This document shows, piece by piece, positions 48,790 to 61,009 of a DNA stretch of 64,000 bases (positions within the stretch are counted from its first letter, which is position 1; the number at the start of each line of letters is the position of its first letter). Position numbers and translations under genes: made by a program. The stretch is from assembly GCF_016433145.1 (NCBI RefSeq), contig NC_058130.1:417088228-417152227 (forward strand), written 5' to 3'. Source of the DNA: Gracilinanus agilis. Lineage: Eukaryota. Under the pieces are notes generated by a model that was given only the letters and a program-made list of their open reading frames with translations, was not told the origin of the DNA and made no database searches.

Positions 48790-49620
48790 ATCTAGTAGAA
48801 TGCCATAGAAGGACAAATAGTAAAGCACTGTAATAATCAATGAAATGGGGTTGAAAGCTAGAGCAGAGATGGTGGTTGAGAAAAAGGAGAGGAAGAGCAA
48901 GAGATGTTTAAGGAAAAAGAGATGACAAATTATGGCAACCACTTACCTATGTGAAGAGATTGAGAGTGAGGATTCCGGGATAACATAGATTATGACTAAC
49001 ACAGCAACTAGAAATATTATCACATAGCAATAAAGTTTGAAAGCGGAGTTTCTTTGGGAAGAAAATAATCCTTTCAATTTTTTACATACTGAGTTAGACA
49101 TACATCAAGTTGGAAAAGTCCAACTGGTAATATAGGATTGGAATTCAATAAAGATGGGCTGAAAATATAGACATGAGAGTCATATTCATAGAGGTGGTAA
49201 CTGGACACACAGAAACTAACAAAGTCACCAACATATACATTGTCAAGAGAAAAGAGAAGAGGTCTAAAGATGGAGCCTTGGATTACTCCCATAATTGTTA
49301 GTCATGGTAACGTGGGTTAGGATTTGGCAAAAGAAATCGAGGTGTGTGACATAGAGAAAAAGAATCAAGAAAAAACTTGTAGAAAAGAGTATCCAGAAGG
49401 AGACAGTGCTAGAATCCAGCACAGAGGTCAATGAGAATGAGTGAAAAATGATTATTAGATTTGGCAATCCGTATGTCATTGGTTAATTTGAAGAGGACAA
49501 TTTCAGATGAGTGATGAGGTTGGCAATGATTTCAGGGGATTTCCAAGGGAAATGAAAAGAAAACAAGTGGAGGTACTGAGTGGAGATAGCTTTTTAAGGA
49601 TTAATTGAAAACAAGAAGGG
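48790..49620 (-). mobile_element. L2 fragment
   Basis: Purine-rich antisense L2 motifs, e.g. GGGCTGAAAATATAGACATGAGAGTCAT, GATGGAGCCTTGG, GTCATTGGTTAATTTGAAGAG. Confidence 0.6.
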
Positions 49621-49816
49621 AGACAAAGGAGTGATTCTGTGCAGAGGACTTTACAAATAAAAAGCCATCCCAGTCAGGGTAAATGGGAATCAAAATACAT
49701 AGAGGCAGAGGAGAAATGGGAGATAATATTTATGGGATACTGAATTGTCCTGCCTGATTGATGCAAAGGGCTCATTTGGGAGAATTCTGAAGATAAAATT
49801 TAAAAAATAGGTTAAA

Positions 49817-50005
49817 GGGGCAGCTGGATGGCTCAGTGGATTGAGAGCCAGGCCTAGAGACAGGAGGTCCTAGGTTCAAATCCGGCCTCAGACACTTCCC
49901 AGCTGTGTGACCCTGGGCAAGTCACTTGACCCCCATTGCCCACCCTTACCACTCTTCCACCAAAGAGCCAATACACAGAGGTTAAGGGTTAAAAATTTTT
50001 TTTTA
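49817..50005 (+). mobile_element. Young SINE1_Mdo-type SINE
   Basis: GGGGCAGCTGG...GGTTCAAATCCGGCCTCAGACAC...GTTAAGGGTT and A/T tail. TSD not clear. Confidence 0.9.
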
Positions 50006-50759
50006 AAAAATTAACGAAACATATATACATACAAACACACAGCTTAGCCAAACTGAACAACACCTTAACAATATTTATCTGTCTTCCTCTATATGTAATA
50101 TTCCAAATCCACATGTAATGAGGCTTTCCTAGTAAACTCATCTCCTAACATGGAGGCTTCTTATGATACTGAACATGTCTTCATGCCGTTCCTGAAGCAT
50201 CCTCCCAACATCTATACACATACACACATACATACATATGTAATGAAGAGAGAGAGGGAATGCAATAATACTTCCTTGGGTCCCATTAGTTTGAAATCCC
50301 TGCAAACACACTTGGCTTGCAACAAGAAAATTCCATACAAAATTTAATGAGCACAATGAACCTACTGAATATACTGTTACCTACAAATTTAGTTTATCTT
50401 AACTCAGTAAAATTTTATGATCAAGTCTAACGATCTGGAGAATAAGAAAAAAAAAGATCATCCTACATCCGCTGTGAACGGTGTCATATGCTAACATTTG
50501 CATAAATGGTAAATGTTAGCTACATTTACATAAATGTTTTAAATAAAGTGAAACTATCACAATCATTAGGTATATTAACAGTGGGGTCTGATGGCGATTT
50601 AAAAATGGCCTATTTTTCACAAGTGACCCCCAAATGAAGGCGATTATCACCCTGCTTCCTTCAAAGCAGCTTTAAGTATTTCCCTGCCCTGAGAACAATA
50701 TTGAGCTGAGCCACCTACAGTCCTTTTAAAAATGAATATTATTAGTGGTCCCTCTCCAT

Positions 50760-51130
50760 CAATGGGGAGAGAAAGGCAGCAAGAAGTAGAAGCTGACTTG
50801 TCAAAGGTCTCTGAGTGAGTGGGGTACAGACCTATAAATACTGCCTGGCATTCTGTGCTCACTGCCACATCCAAACAAGCTGGAATTAAGGGTTTGCTGC
50901 CACTGCGTCTGGCCGACGTGCGGGAGAAATGTGGTAATTAGGTGTGGGTCAGTTTCCCAATTAGCTTCAATTGAATTTGGACCTGCTGGGGAAAGTTCCA
51001 CTTTGATGTAGTCACATGGTAAGCTTTTGACCGGGAAGTTTCTCCTAGGTGAATTTTTGAGTCAGGGATACTCAATCTCCAGTTGCTACATATTTGTATA
51101 ATAAATGCAATATCCTGTAATGCACTAAGT
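50760..51130. promoter_or_regulatory. Candidate enhancer/promoter (motif cluster in non-repeat DNA)
   Basis: TATAAATA 50833-50840, four CpGs within ~20 bp, TGTGGT 50930, GGGGAAAGTTCC 50988, GGGAAGTTTC 51033, TGAGTCA 51058. Confidence 0.45.
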
Positions 51131-51259
51131 GTCATTAAACCTAGAGCATTATTACACAGAGAATATTTACTCTTTAGCTACACAGACAATACCTGAGTGA
51201 TTTTTTTTAAAAAAAGGAAACTGGATCTAGAGGAAACAAAAAGTCATGGAATGTAAGTT

Positions 51260-51433
51260 GTTTTTTTTTTTTTTTAACCCTTGTACTTCGGTGTATTGTC
51301 TTATAGATGGAAGATTGGTAAGGGTGGGAAATGGGGGTCAAGTGACTTGCCCAGGGTCACACAGCTGGGAAGTGGCTGAGGCCAGGTTTGAACCTAGGAC
51401 CTCCTGTCTCTAGGCCTGACTCTCACTCCACTG
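51260..51433 (-). mobile_element. 5'-truncated young SINE1_Mdo-type SINE
   Basis: 14-bp TSD ATGGAATGTAAGTT at 51246-51259 and 51434-51447. Same diagnostic tail as the 30546 copy. Confidence 0.92.
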
Positions 51434-52196
51434 ATGGAATGTAAGTTTTGACAAGAAGTATATACCCTCCTCAGGCTTTACTCCCCATCTTAAAACTGTT
51501 TTGCTCATCAGATTTACTATGGCTAGTCTACATGACCCTGTTAGTCTTGGAAATGTATTTGTATCATCTCCAACTTGTGAAACAATCATTATGAGTCATA
51601 TTAAATAAAAATGATCCCATTTTTCAATTGGGTCAGATTTTTCACTTATTGTGAGGTACTGTTCCTATTTTCTTAATTGATAAGAAAAGGGATATTTATA
51701 CTCTCTCCTTTACAGGGGTCTTGTGATAAACAATTACCAAGTGCTATGGATTGATGGGATGCGATTCTACCAGAGAGGAAAGGCAATCTGGGGAGAAAAC
51801 AAAGGAGAAATTGTAAAACCAGTTCCTAAGCCATTTAGCTTCTGGGAGCAGTTTTCAAGCTCATTCTCCTCATGACTCCCCACTGCCCCCCTTCTGACTC
51901 CCAGTTGACTGCCCTACTTTTAAAAGGTCTCAGACTAATTGCCAAGGTTTTCTATTTATTTGGAGGATTCACTTGGCAGCTCTTGCCAGAGCACCTGTTC
52001 CAAGTGCTTTCATGTTCTAAGAGCCCCTCTCTAGGGAAATGATTTCAGTTTGTGCTTCTCAGGGAGGGGCAATATAGAGTGGGCTGGGGGGGGGAGTCTC
52101 CTTCTTATAACAGTTCAAAAAATCTCTGACATTCTTTTTTAGAATGCTTGTATCTCCTGCCCTCTCCAATGGCAGCTGCCACCATCTAGGGTTCAA

Positions 52197-53092
52197 TGAA
52201 GAAAAGAAGTGGTTTTAATTCAAACACAACAGGAATTCAACTCAACCCAAATGGAAAACTTTAATCCATTTACATGTCACTGAGCCTGCTCTGAAATCCA
52301 GGAACTCTGGAATTTCATTTAAGTTTTGTGGTGTTATCAAGTCCTTTTTGGCCATGCTGAAAATATCACTGAATAGTAATTGAGGCACTCAAAATGTTTT
52401 TGGAAGAAGCCCATTAATGTAAAACTCTGTTCTTATTAGTGCTCTGTTTTAAAGGGCAAGTTCAGGTTAGGAATGGCATGAGAGTTCAAAATTTCTAGAA
52501 TTCTCTTCAGGACTCTCCAAACTTCGATGCTTCGAGTCTCTTCTGGATTTCAGCTTCCATAGGGAACATAAACAAGACTGACCTCTCTTTATGCTGCTCA
52601 AGGAAAACATGTTGGGAAGACATGAGAAGAGCTCAAAGTCTTTACCATGTTCCTATCTCCAGCTAGCTATAATAGAGACTTAAAAGAATTTTCCCTCAGA
52701 TGAAATCTGGAACTCTATTGTTCTTTCTCTTGATTGAGTTGAGTCATCTTGCTCCTTCATTCTGTATTGTCTGGCACATATCCTCCCATGTATAACTTCT
52801 CTGCTTTCTTTTTTGCTATGATTTGGATAAATGTTCTTTTTTTTCCTATTTGCTATATTTGTTCATTATGAAACTAGTATTTATAAGAAAGAAGGCAGTG
52901 AAGAAAGGAAGTGGTTTTAATTTTGACAACTGGAATTCAACTCGATACAACTGGGAAATCTTTTTAAGCCATCTGCATGTCACTATGCCTACTTTGAAAT
53001 CCAGGAACATAAGGATTTATGTATTATGATATTATCTAATCTTTTTCAGTAATGTCAAAATGTCATTGAGTGGTCATTCTGGCACTTAAAAT
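52197..53092 (+). repeat. Diverged direct repeat pair (52197-52395 and 52899-53092)
   Basis: TGAAGAAA(A/G)GAAGTGGTTTTAATT...GGAATTCAACTC...CATGTCACT...GAAATCCAGGAAC...GCACT(C/T)AAAAT in both copies, offset 702 bp. Confidence 0.85.
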
Positions 53093-54097
53093 TTCTCAAA
53101 TGTAAAGCTTGGGGTATTCCTTCCTCTCAATAATGACAAAGCCATCAGAAGTTAGCTTGAACTCATTTTCCTTTAGACCACTGATGTTTAAGGCAGCAGA
53201 TAGATATAATCCCACATCAATAATTCCTTTCTCTGAGGAAAACAGAATGACCTCCAGCCCCAAACCCTTGTTTTCCCCCCTATCAGGAATTAAAATTTCA
53301 CTTGGACAAGGATTTGGGGAGGAAAGGCTAGAGATTTCTCTTCTGCCTTCCTTTAAGCAATTGGAAATGTAGGAGAAAAGTCATAACTACATATGTGGAG
53401 TTCTCTATATGCAGGGTCTTTAATCTCATCATCATCTACTCTCCCCAACACACTGATGATTCCATCCAGTCAAAATTACTGGACCAAAGTCTTTCTCTTA
53501 ATTCACATATTCAGGTCTTCTTATAGATTATACTATACTTCTCAGCATTTTAAAATTATATCCATTTGCCAAAACTCCCTTTATTTTTCAGTGAACCTTT
53601 CAAACGTCATTTAAAATCACTCAAGTGTTTAATCTAATTAATAAAACATGAGAACAAAAGGAAAACAGTGGATGAAGAATGCCTTTTTTCAGACTATGAT
53701 ATGCAGTTAGATCAGTAATTCAGTGAACTGATCTTTAATCTGCATATTTATCCATGTATTGATGTATCCATGCATGTACATATCTGTGTCTGTCTGTATT
53801 TCTATCTGTGTCTTAGATATAGAGTACACATAGTGAAATAGGCCTAAAACTGAATAGGAGGGAAGGAATTAGATTACATTTGGGCCCTTTAAATGGTGCC
53901 AAGAGACTCTCTTCAGTAAAACTCTTCTTTGTACTATTGTTATACATCATATGGCTGATATGATATGGCAAGGAAGCAAGGAAGAACTTAGGGAAGTAAA
54001 GGATGGAGAGATGAAAGCAAAGAAGGAAGGAAGGAGAAAGAAAATCCTGCTTTCCTCCAAAAAAATGGAAACATAGAGAAACATGAATAACTAGATT

Positions 54098-54600
54098 GTG
54101 TATGATACATTCTTATTAGCCCTATCATCTGACCTGGCATAACTTATGGGGTAGTTATCTCTAATTAACTTTGCCTGACCATGATCCACCCTGTCTGATA
54201 TGGGTCTACAACATTTTGGGTCAGCAATGCTTTAAGACCTTGCATCATCTTAAGTTCTTCCCAGAGTAAAGTTTTAGATCTGATTATTCCTCCTCTGTTG
54301 CTCCATGACTGTTACCAGATTATTCCCTTTTACTGTGGACTTGGAACATTACAATATTTCTGGTGACCAATATTGGTACATCCTTGGCCCTAAAAGCCCT
54401 GAGGTCCAGAAATGCTTCTCTAGTTCAAGCAATCATTCATTAAACTAGAGGACTCCTCTTCTACATTTCTCTAAGATGTCTGAAAAGTCTATCTTGCCCT
54501 GACCTATTTTACTTTGATCAATCAGGTCTAACTGAAAACTATTCAGTGGCCCATTAATGAGTCTGGTGTTGCTCTTCATTGAAGTCAGGCTTTTTAATGC
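54098..54600. mobile_element. Possible solo LTR
   Basis: TGTG...TGCA bounded, GC-richer ~500 bp block with LTR-like composition. The family is not recognised. Confidence 0.3.
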
Positions 54601-54932
54601 ATTATTTTAAGTTAGTCTATACCAAATCTCACAGAATTCATATGACCTTAGTGATAGAAGCCATGTTTCTGTGAAGTGATTGTCATATCATTCCCTATGG
54701 CAAATGCATGATAAAATTTAATGCTTATTCTTTACTGAATTGGATAGAAATTGAAGTATAAGTAGTTTTCTAAACAAAAGTTCTTTCATTTCGGGAACCT
54801 CTTGTTTTCCCAGCTAGCAGATAGTGCTAGATGAAAGGTGACTGAAAAATTCTGAATTAATGAAAATCAAATCATTCTAACCTTTGCCTATTCATTCTCC
54901 ATGTTTTCTGACAAGATCTATAGATACTAGAC

Positions 54933-55027
54933 CAGGGGTTGGCAACTTATGGCTCTCGAGCCATATCTGGCTTTTTTGAGGGCTAGATATGGCTCTTTCT
55001 GCAGGAGCCATAAAGTCAATTTTTTTT
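54933..55027 (+). mobile_element. hAT/Charlie-type DNA transposon left end, running into a gap
   Basis: TIR-like CAGGGGTTGGCAAC after TACTAGAC (a Charlie-like nTCTAGAn-type target). Repeated ATATGGCTCT subterminal motifs. Confidence 0.7.
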
Positions 55028-55402
55028 NNNNNNNNNNNNNNNNNNNNNNNNNNNNNNNNNNNNNNNNNNNNNNNNNNNNNNNNNNNNNNNNNNNNNNNNN
55101 NNNNNNNNNNNNNNNNNNNNNNNNNNNNNNNNNNNNNNNNNNNNNNNNNNNNNNNNNNNNNNNNNNNNNNNNNNNNNNNNNNNNNNNNNNNNNNNNNNNN
55201 NNNNNNNNNNNNNNNNNNNNNNNNNNNNNNNNNNNNNNNNNNNNNNNNNNNNNNNNNNNNNNNNNNNNNNNNNNNNNNNNNNNNNNNNNNNNNNNNNNNN
55301 NNNNNNNNNNNNNNNNNNNNNNNNNNNNNNNNNNNNNNNNNNNNNNNNNNNNNNNNNNNNNNNNNNNNNNNNNNNNNNNNNNNNNNNNNNNNNNNNNNNN
55401 NN
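55028..55402. other. Assembly gap (N run)
   Basis: Run of N followed by a (TA)n tract. Confidence 0.98.
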
Positions 55403-55406
55403 AAAA

Positions 55407-55439
<33 letters not shown>

Positions 55440-56056
55440 AATATACATACATATATATACATATATACAATTTTGATAAAAAAGTATCATAAATTATGTA
55501 AAAAAAATCATTTCCAAAATGCAAAAGGATTCACTTGACTCTCTTTCTGACTGTTTAGAAATCGTTACCTCCACACCAAACTTACTTATATGCCTGATCC
55601 TTCTTTTTTCTTTTCTAAATGCACCAAATATATGGATACATATGTTTTATATAAACATAAATATATATATATCACATATCTATATATAAAACCAAAGATT
55701 CCAATAAGAGAACTTGATTCCTATACCATCATCACCACCACAAGACACATGTTTTGTAACTCTGTGTATTTATCTGTATATGTTTGTATTAAAATACTGA
55801 AGCATAAAACAAGATATAACTGCATTGTCCTTATTAGAAAATAAAAACCAAAAAGGAATTATGTGATATCCAGGATATGAGAGATTCTCAGAGAGATGTC
55901 CCTGCCCTTAATGAGAAATCACAAAGAAGACTGCCATAGCTTGCCTGGATGCCTGGACTTATCAGCAGGTCTCAGAGTTTAGGCCTCCACGATATTGAGT
56001 GAAGATTATAAGCCAGATGGGCCACAAATTCTGTCAAGCCTTCTTGGCAGCTGCTC

Positions 56057-56292
56057 NNNNNNNNNNNNNNNNNNNNNNNNNNNNNNNNNNNNNNNNNNNN
56101 NNNNNNNNNNNNNNNNNNNNNNNNNNNNNNNNNNNNNNNNNNNNNNNNNNNNNNNNNNNNNNNNNNNNNNNNNNNNNNNNNNNNNNNNNNNNNNNNNNNN
56201 NNNNNNNNNNNNNNNNNNNNNNNNNNNNNNNNNNNNNNNNNNNNNNNNNNNNNNNNNNNNNNNNNNNNNNNNNNNNNNNNNNNNNNNNNNNN
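56057..56292. other. Assembly gap (N run)
   Basis: Run of N. Confidence 0.99.
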
Positions 56293-57063
56293 GCTTCGAC
56301 CCTTTACTTTGCTTTTAATTTCACTAGAGGTGCAAAGTTTATGAATAAAACATATCTTCACTCATGATTCTGATATTAGTCACTGCTTTCTCTGTCCCTT
56401 GTTCACTCAAAGCAAGCAACATACACTAACGACATGAACTTTAAAAGCTTTACTTTAGTGAAGTAGTGAGTGTGTGTCTGAGTATATGTGTGGATGCCTG
56501 AGAGAAAAAGAGAAGAACCCTTTCCTAGAAACAGGGAAGCTCAAAGGAAAACAAGAAATCACATTAAAAAGAACAGGCAGAGCTAGAGCTAAAATTATAA
56601 CCATTTTGAATAGCCTGAGTGTCAAAAGAGAAAGCAACTTGCATGAAATAATAACACAAATTGGAAGGAGCAGGGTGAGGGGGAGAATTATCCAAGGTTC
56701 TGGTGAGTCATATTGCTAATGCTTAAAGAAACACAGCTCTGGAATTGTATTGACTTGAGAACAGGGGATCAGATGGAAGAATTAATTATTAGTTTCTTCA
56801 GACTTTGCATATTCCAAGTGGGACTGATCTTCGGTTTCCATCTGCCAAACATCCCAGTGAAGGCGACAGTACTGCTCGGTCTCTTCCTTCTTAGTAGAAA
56901 ATAATAGCTCAAATGCATGCCAAATTGACTAAACTAATCAACCACCCATTTGACGGGCTATTATGCAATCACTACACTTTCTTCCAAAGCATTTATGAAA
57001 TCAAGGGCGAAGCGATCCAGTTTGTATTACAATTAGTTCAGAAATAGAACTCAATTCCCACTA

Positions 57064-57064
<1 letters not shown>

Positions 57065-57117
<53 letters not shown>
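57065..57117. repeat. (CA)n microsatellite
   Basis: About 26 uninterrupted CA units. Confidence 0.97.
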
Positions 57118-57119
<2 letters not shown>

Positions 57120-58293
57120 TCCAACCAACAACCCAGATAGAAAGCCCCAAGATTCTTTATTTTGGTAAGCTTTGTTTTTAAATGAAATCATTAGGCTAGG
57201 CCTTGAATGATGGAAGTCATTTTCACTTAATCTATAGAATTTATGAGTCAAATGCAAAGATGATTTTCACTTGATAAGATAGCTTAATAAATCTTGATGT
57301 TCAACTCTAATGGAAGTTCTGTGGTCATCTCATTCCTAAAATTTGGATTTTTTAATGCCTGTTGTCCATGAATTTATGGACATCAGATACATGATCATAT
57401 TATATTTTCATGGCTGCTCTAAGTTCTTGAAACATAAGAATGAGAATCGAGGTGTTTGTTTATTTCTCTCATCAAGGAACATCTCAATAACTAGCACCCC
57501 AGCACTCCAATAAAATGTATGAATCAGTGGATACTTTTCTTATGTACCTTGGAGATTAAGTTAGTTGTAGCATATGACTACCACATATTATCTTTTCAGT
57601 TTTGAGGATAGATCATACTATTCCCTATGAAGTCAGCAAGTGTATGAAGGTCAGGTCCCTGATTTTATTTTTTCTAACCTTTCTTAAGCATCATCTAAGA
57701 GTTTAAAATTAGTTATAGGATGATTTAGGCTTTATTCATCTCCACCTCTATCTCTTTCTCTATTCATAATGCAGTCTCTTGTTAAGATTGATCACATACT
57801 ATTCCCTAGTAGTTTAAAGTGTTCAAGCCTTGGTATGTCATCTAGATTTTCAACTCCTTGAAGTAAGGAAATTTCTGTTATTTCAACAGGACCTTCTACT
57901 ATGCTCAGAGCTCAAGACAAAGTTTGATTAATTTATATTAGTCAACTAAGTTCCCTGATCTAATCTAATACTAAATGCTAAAAGATATTTTTTTACTTTA
58001 GTCTCTAATACTAAAATAATTTTTTTTTACTCTGTTCTCAACTAAATTGAAATCAGTTGAGCTCACTAGATACAAATAACCCAAGATAAGTCATTTTCCT
58101 TTTTGCTGTCACCACATCCTGACATCTCTTCTCATTCTCACCAAAAGAAACATTCAGCTCTTTTGAAAACAAAAACAAAATAAAACAAATGTAAACAAAA
58201 GCAAATAACTTCTTTGTTCACCTAGGCAGCTGAAACTCAGAAGATTGAGAAAGCTGAGAGGATTTAATGTGAGATTTCAAGAACATATCAAAT

Positions 58294-58509
58294 CAGTGAT
58301 CAAAGACATATGACTTGAGGGGTAAAATGCCACTACAAAACACCCAAGTGCAGGCTGAAGTAGTCAATATGTATTTGGTAAATAGATAATGAAATAAGTA
58401 AAACTACAATAGAACACAGATTATGTTAACATATGCTTTTCTAAGTCAATATGTGTTTCACATATATAGCATTTAGTGGTCCCATTTCTGTTTGAGTTTG
58501 ATAACCTAG
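58294..58509. mobile_element. Old hAT-type MITE
   Basis: Right end CCATTTCTGTTTGAGTTTGATAACCTAG and internal TTTTCTAAGTCAATATG resemble a common marsupial Charlie-like MITE (from memory). Confidence 0.45.
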
Positions 58510-58659
58510 CTCTAAAGCCACTCTAATAACCTAACTTGGCAGTAATGGAAAGAAATCAAAGATGGGACGCTAGGAAACAGGAAGCCTCCATATATTATTA
58601 TACTAAAAGGTAGCTTTTAATGACACTTTATAGTTGAAAAAATGTTCTTTATAACTATG

Positions 58660-58800
58660 ATTTCATTTTTATCATCAAAACAACCATGGGAGGTAAGTGC
58701 TATTAGTATCCTTATTTTACAGATGAGAAAATGGAAGTAGACACAGTTTGAGTAACTTGCCAAGAATCACTAAGATTGAAACTCAAGTCTTTCGGACTCC
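58660..58800 (-). mobile_element. MIR
   Basis: CAACCATGGGAGGTAAGTGCTATTAGTATCCTTATTTTACAGATGAGAAAATGGA. Confidence 0.65.
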
Positions 58801-58814
58801 TTTAATTTCTCTTT

Positions 58815-59150
58815 TTAAAAATTAATTTAATTTAAATTTTTCCAGTTATGTGTAGAAACAATTTTAGCAATTGTTTTCTGACATTTTGTGATCCAGATTC
58901 TTTCCTTTCCTTTCTCCCTTCCTCCTTCCTTGAGATGTTAATAATTCGATATACATTATACCAGTGCTGTCATGAAATGCATATTTCCATATTCCTTATT
59001 CCATTAAAGAAAACACATATCACTCATACAAGAAGAAATTCATGAAAGAAATAAAATGGATATGCCTGATCTGCATTCCAACTCCAACAGTTTTTTTCCC
59101 CTGTGGCTATAATAGTATTTTTCATCATGCATCCTTGGGGTTACCTCCAA
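58815..59150 (-). mobile_element. L1 3'UTR fragment
   Basis: CTGACATTTTGTGATCCAGATTCTTTCC...GATCTGCATTCCAACTCCA marsupial L1 3' motifs. Confidence 0.55.
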
Positions 59151-59929
59151 TAAGTTTTAAAGTCTCAAATATTTAGTACTCTCATATTCTAATAACTGAA
59201 CCACCTAGCTGCCTTGAGAGGCATACATATGAGATAACTTGATGGCAAAGGATCCATTGCAGGGAAGATGTTATTTTGCTGGAGTCAAAAAACCAGTATG
59301 AGAAAGACCAAAAGAAGATGCTATCAATATTTAATAGGTGTTACCCAATGCCTTTTGCCATCAGTGCTATTTTCCTTTGATTTTTCATTAAAGAATATAA
59401 TCTACATTCTGCATAATTAGCCCAAAGTTCCTACACATTCTCCAAACCATTCTACTATAACATTTGAAATAAACAGTTCCCATCCATTTCAAATAAGAAT
59501 ATTAAGTTCATGATATCCTATACTACAAGCAAAAGAGAGAGCCCTAGTAGTATCTAATAATTTGGAAATTCAGTTTCCCAAATATCAAATGTGAAAATAT
59601 GTGAAAGATATATATGTCCATGTATCAACAGATACTGTCCAATTAAATTTAAAAAATCAAAAACAAAGATATGAAGAGACTACGAACAAGTCCTTTGGGT
59701 AGAGAGGCAACAAGTTAATTCTTTAAGTGAAGTGGTGAAAAGGGAATTTGAAGATTATATACCGGGTGTGAACTGTAAAAGTTTCTCTTTTTTGGGTTAG
59801 ATTTAATGTAGAATGTATGGGCTGAATCATTAATGCAAAATAGAACCAGCATATTTGATGTGTTCTGATGCTCACCACCAAACAGATCTTCCTAAGGAAT
59901 AAGGAATCAAGTTTATTTACAGGTTTTAC

Positions 59930-60075
59930 ATATGGGAATGAAAGAGACCTCAGATATCATTTTAGTCTATCTCCTTCCTTTGAGAGATGAGGATACTGAG
60001 GCCCAGAAAGGTTTAATGACTTGTCTAAAATTATCAAGACAATAAGTTGTAGAGTTAGGATTTGAATTCTAAACT
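59930..60075 (-). mobile_element. MIR
   Basis: GAGATGAGGATACTGAGGCCCAGAAAGGTTTAATGACTTGTC. Confidence 0.65.
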
Positions 60076-60322
60076 CAGGTATGCATCTGGAGGATGTCTG
60101 TGGCTAGCAAAATCCTGACTCTCCACTTTAATCCATCCAGCATTTAGTTTCTGTAGTAGCATCATTGAGTCAAACCATGCAGATTCAAATGCAAAATCAT
60201 GTGGGGAAAAGGATAAGCATCATGAACTCCTGAACAACCTGGCAGAATAGAGAAAGAAGAATTAGACCATAGCAGTTCAGCTACTAGAAGCTTTTCTGAG
60301 TCTTCATTATGTGACAAGTTAA

Positions 60323-60866
60323 GGGGCAGATGGTGTGTTCAGGGAGGACTAGCAGCTCTGGTGTGGGAGGGCTTGCCAAGGCATTTTCAGGCTCCTCATC
60401 CACCTTTGGATTGTACTAAAGTACAATGCCCAACTCTCGCTCATGGCTAAGAAGAACTTCTAACATGCATGGGAAGATAAACACTGGATAAGCTGTCTTG
60501 GCAGACAGGTCAAAGAGGATGAGAATAACCAATAGACCTCAAATATGGTGGTAAGTTAGGAGGATGTCTGCTTGAGCATATGAAGACTTCCCTCCACAGA
60601 ATAAGTGAATGAGAACCATTTCTTTCAATGACCATGAAGGTGTCTAAAGCAGGAGCTGAGAGCATGATCAGACATTGAAAATGCCAAGGACATCCATCAC
60701 ATCCCAAAGCATTACCAGTCATCCTGACTTTTGTCTTTCCACTGAACTTTGATGACTCCTGAAGAATGAGGCTAATGACTATGCAATTCTGCCTCATTTC
60801 TATGCAAGTCCAGACATCATCCTATATGTTACTGGTCCTCTTCAAAAAACTAAGAAGGAACAACAA
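60323..60866 (+). mobile_element. RTE-associated marsupial interspersed repeat
   Basis: GGAGGACTAGCAGCTCTGGTGTG...ATCCACCTTTGG...GAGGCTAATGAC...GGTCCTCTTC. Paralog of 39868-40385. Confidence 0.6.
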
Positions 60867-61009
60867 TGAGGCTTCTCCCTTCTCCCAAATAATACACAGT
60901 GAATTTTATCCAATGTGCTATTTGTTTGGGTTTCTGTTTGTTTTGGGCTGTATTACTTGTCTGGGTGGTTTTTGGGTCCTATCCTTTAGCTACTTTACAA
61001 CCTGCATTA

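Noticed and set aside
94-51433. tRNA genes or a CRISPR-like array suggested by recurring A/B-box sequences
   Set aside because: These are dispersed SINE heads with CORE bodies, tails and TSDs, not cloverleaf genes or regularly spaced repeats.
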